From: Candidatus Latescibacterota bacterium | Lineage (GTDB): Bacteria > Latescibacterota > UBA2968 > UBA8231 | DNA: 64,000 nt | Assembly (NCBI GenBank): GCA_965248355.1 | Contig: OZ252098.1 | Span: 3,584,001-3,648,000, forward strand | Direction of reading: 5' to 3' | In this document: positions 62,554 through 64,000 of the stretch, one piece after another | Numbering within the stretch: position 1 is the stretch's first letter | Layout of the letters: every line of letters begins with the position of its first letter | The notes under the pieces: model-generated | The model's database searches: none | Told to the model about the DNA's origin: nothing | Seen by the model: only the letters and a program-made list of their open reading frames with translations | Position numbers and translations under genes: made by a program

Positions 62554-64000
62554 ATGACGCGCACCCAGCTCCCGCACATCGATTTCAGCGGATGGTGCCG
62601 CCGCCGCCCCCGCTGCCAGCGGCCACCACTGAGGCGGCGGCCTTCGCATCCCCAGACCCGCCGGCCTCCAGGAACGGCCGGGGCAATCGTCACCGCCGTG
62701 GCCGCCATGGCGGTCCTCTCCGTCCCGCCCGCTGCAGCCCAGGTGCGGATCCAGGAGGTCCTCTACGACGCCGCCGGCACCGACGCCACCGGTGTCTTCA
62801 CCGAGCTGTCCGGTCCGCCGGACACGGCCCTCGACGGCTGGTCCCTCGTCGGGGTGAACGGCGGCTCCGGGATCTCCTATCGCACCGTCGACCTCAGCGG
62901 CGCCGCCATCCCCGCCGACGGGATCCTGGTGATCGCCACGGATCAGGCCGACGCCGCGCTGGCGGCGGTTCGGGACCTGGTCGGCTCCGTGGACTGGCAG
63001 AACGGTCCCGATGCGGTGCAGCTCCTGAACGGAAACGGGCTGATCGTCGACGCCTTGCAGTACGGCGACGCCGGCGCCTTCAACGCCGGGGAGGGCACCC
63101 CCGCGCCCACTACCCCAGCCGGGCAGAGCCTGTCCCGGGACGCCGACGCCACCGACACCGGGGACAACGCCGCCGACTTCTCCGTCCTCGAGGTCCCCAC
63201 GCCGGGGACCGGGCCGCCGGCCGGGACCCCAGTCCCCGGATCGGGCTTCACGGTCTCCCTGCCCGACACCACCGCAGCCGGCGGCGACACCCTCGCGGTG
63301 CCCGTGCGCTTCACCGACTCGGGCCAGGGCGGTGTGGTGGCCGCTGAACTGTTCGTGTCCTATGACGGCGACCTGCTCTCGCCGGTCGATGTGAAGCCCG
63401 CGGGTCTCCTCGACCCCCGGCAATGGCAGCTGGCCAGCAACACCCTGGAGGGCGCCGGCACCGCCGTCGACACCCTGCGGATCGCCATGGCCACCGACGT
63501 CGACGCCCTCTCGGGGGACGGCACCCTCGTGCAGGCCCGCTTCGTGATCGCCGACCTGCGCCGGCCCGCGTCCACAGCGCTCACCATCGAGCACCTCGCC
63601 CTCAACGACGGCGGGGTGGCCGCCGCCGCGAAGGACGGCGCCGTAACCCTCGTGGGCTCCGAGGCGCAGCTCGTCACCACACCCGCCCGGATCGTGATGC
63701 ACGACTCCCTGCGCATCGCCGTCACCGACCCCGACGTGGACCGGAACCCGGAGAGGCCGGACACCCTCGCCGTCACCCTCGGCCAGGGACCCGCCGAGGG
63801 CGCCATCGGGAAAGCCGATACCCTCGAGGCCGTCGAGACCGGGCCCTCCTCGGGGACCTTCGCCGGCCGCGTGGCCATCCTGTACGAGGACCCGGACTCC
63901 GAAGAGGATGCGGCCTCCGGCGGCGACGCCGTCGAGACCGTGCCCGGTCACCTGATCCAGCTCTGCTTCGACGACTCCCTCGACGCGGCCGGCGCCACCA
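62554..64000 (+). CDS. Secreted protein with lamin-tail domain and cohesin-like domain (runs off the window; absent from the ORF track)
   Basis: Manual translation: ..PPAAA-QVRIQEVLYDAAGTD..FTEL..LDGWSL..QNGPDAVQL..VDALQYG (LTD); VSLPDTTAAGGDTLAVPV..VSYDGDLL (cohesin-like). Confidence 0.8.
   Translation, partial: MTRTQLPHIDFSGWCRRRPRCQRPPLRRRPSHPQTRRPPGTAGAIVTAVAAMAVLSVPPAAAQVRIQEVLYDAAGTDATGVFTELSGPPDTALDGWSLVGVNGGSGISYRTVDLSGAAIPADGILVIATDQADAALAAVRDLVGSVDWQNGPDAVQLLNGNGLIVDALQYGDAGAFNAGEGTPAPTTPAGQSLSRDADATDTGDNAADFSVLEVPTPGTGPPAGTPVPGSGFTVSLPDTTAAGGDTLAVPVRFTDSGQGGVVAAELFVSYDGDLLSPVDVKPAGLLDPRQWQLASNTLEGAGTAVDTLRIAMATDVDALSGDGTLVQARFVIADLRRPASTALTIEHLALNDGGVAAAAKDGAVTLVGSEAQLVTTPARIVMHDSLRIAVTDPDVDRNPERPDTLAVTLGQGPAEGAIGKADTLEAVETGPSSGTFAGRVAILYEDPDSEEDAASGGDAVETVPGHLIQLCFDDSLDAAGAT

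Overview
A GC-rich bacterial chromosome segment from a Gram-negative organism (it encodes TolC, RND and TonB-dependent receptor proteins). The gene mix (aldo-keto reductases, Gfo/Idh/MocA, mandelate racemase family, PhyH dioxygenase, LRR/TolB and lamin-tail/cohesin proteins) resembles Latescibacterota/Gemmatimonadota-type genomes; that assignment is inference. The backbone carries hpf, an Lrp-like regulator divergent from gltBD, an RND efflux operon, a Gld-like ABC operon, AddAB-like helicase-nuclease genes, DAHP synthase and an elongator tRNA-Met. Three accessory patches interrupt it: 15.6-18.6 kb (Fic, Phd/VapC, two eroded TPR-gene copies), 38-44.4 kb (broken MmeI-like R-M gene, IS630, orphan higA, broken MNT gene, duplicated remnants) and 45.8-46.6 kb (VapBC). 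Three observations stand out. (1) A single 690-aa ORF joins a complete TetR repressor to a complete TolC outer-membrane channel through an internal signal-peptide-like linker, behind a near-leaderless promoter with two operator-like repeats. (2) All three toxin-antitoxin patches sit between duplicated, eroding fragments of a neighbouring gene. (3) A 15-bp intergenic gap holds two overlapping -10 elements that could drive two divergent leaderless genes. No CRISPR array or rRNA was seen.
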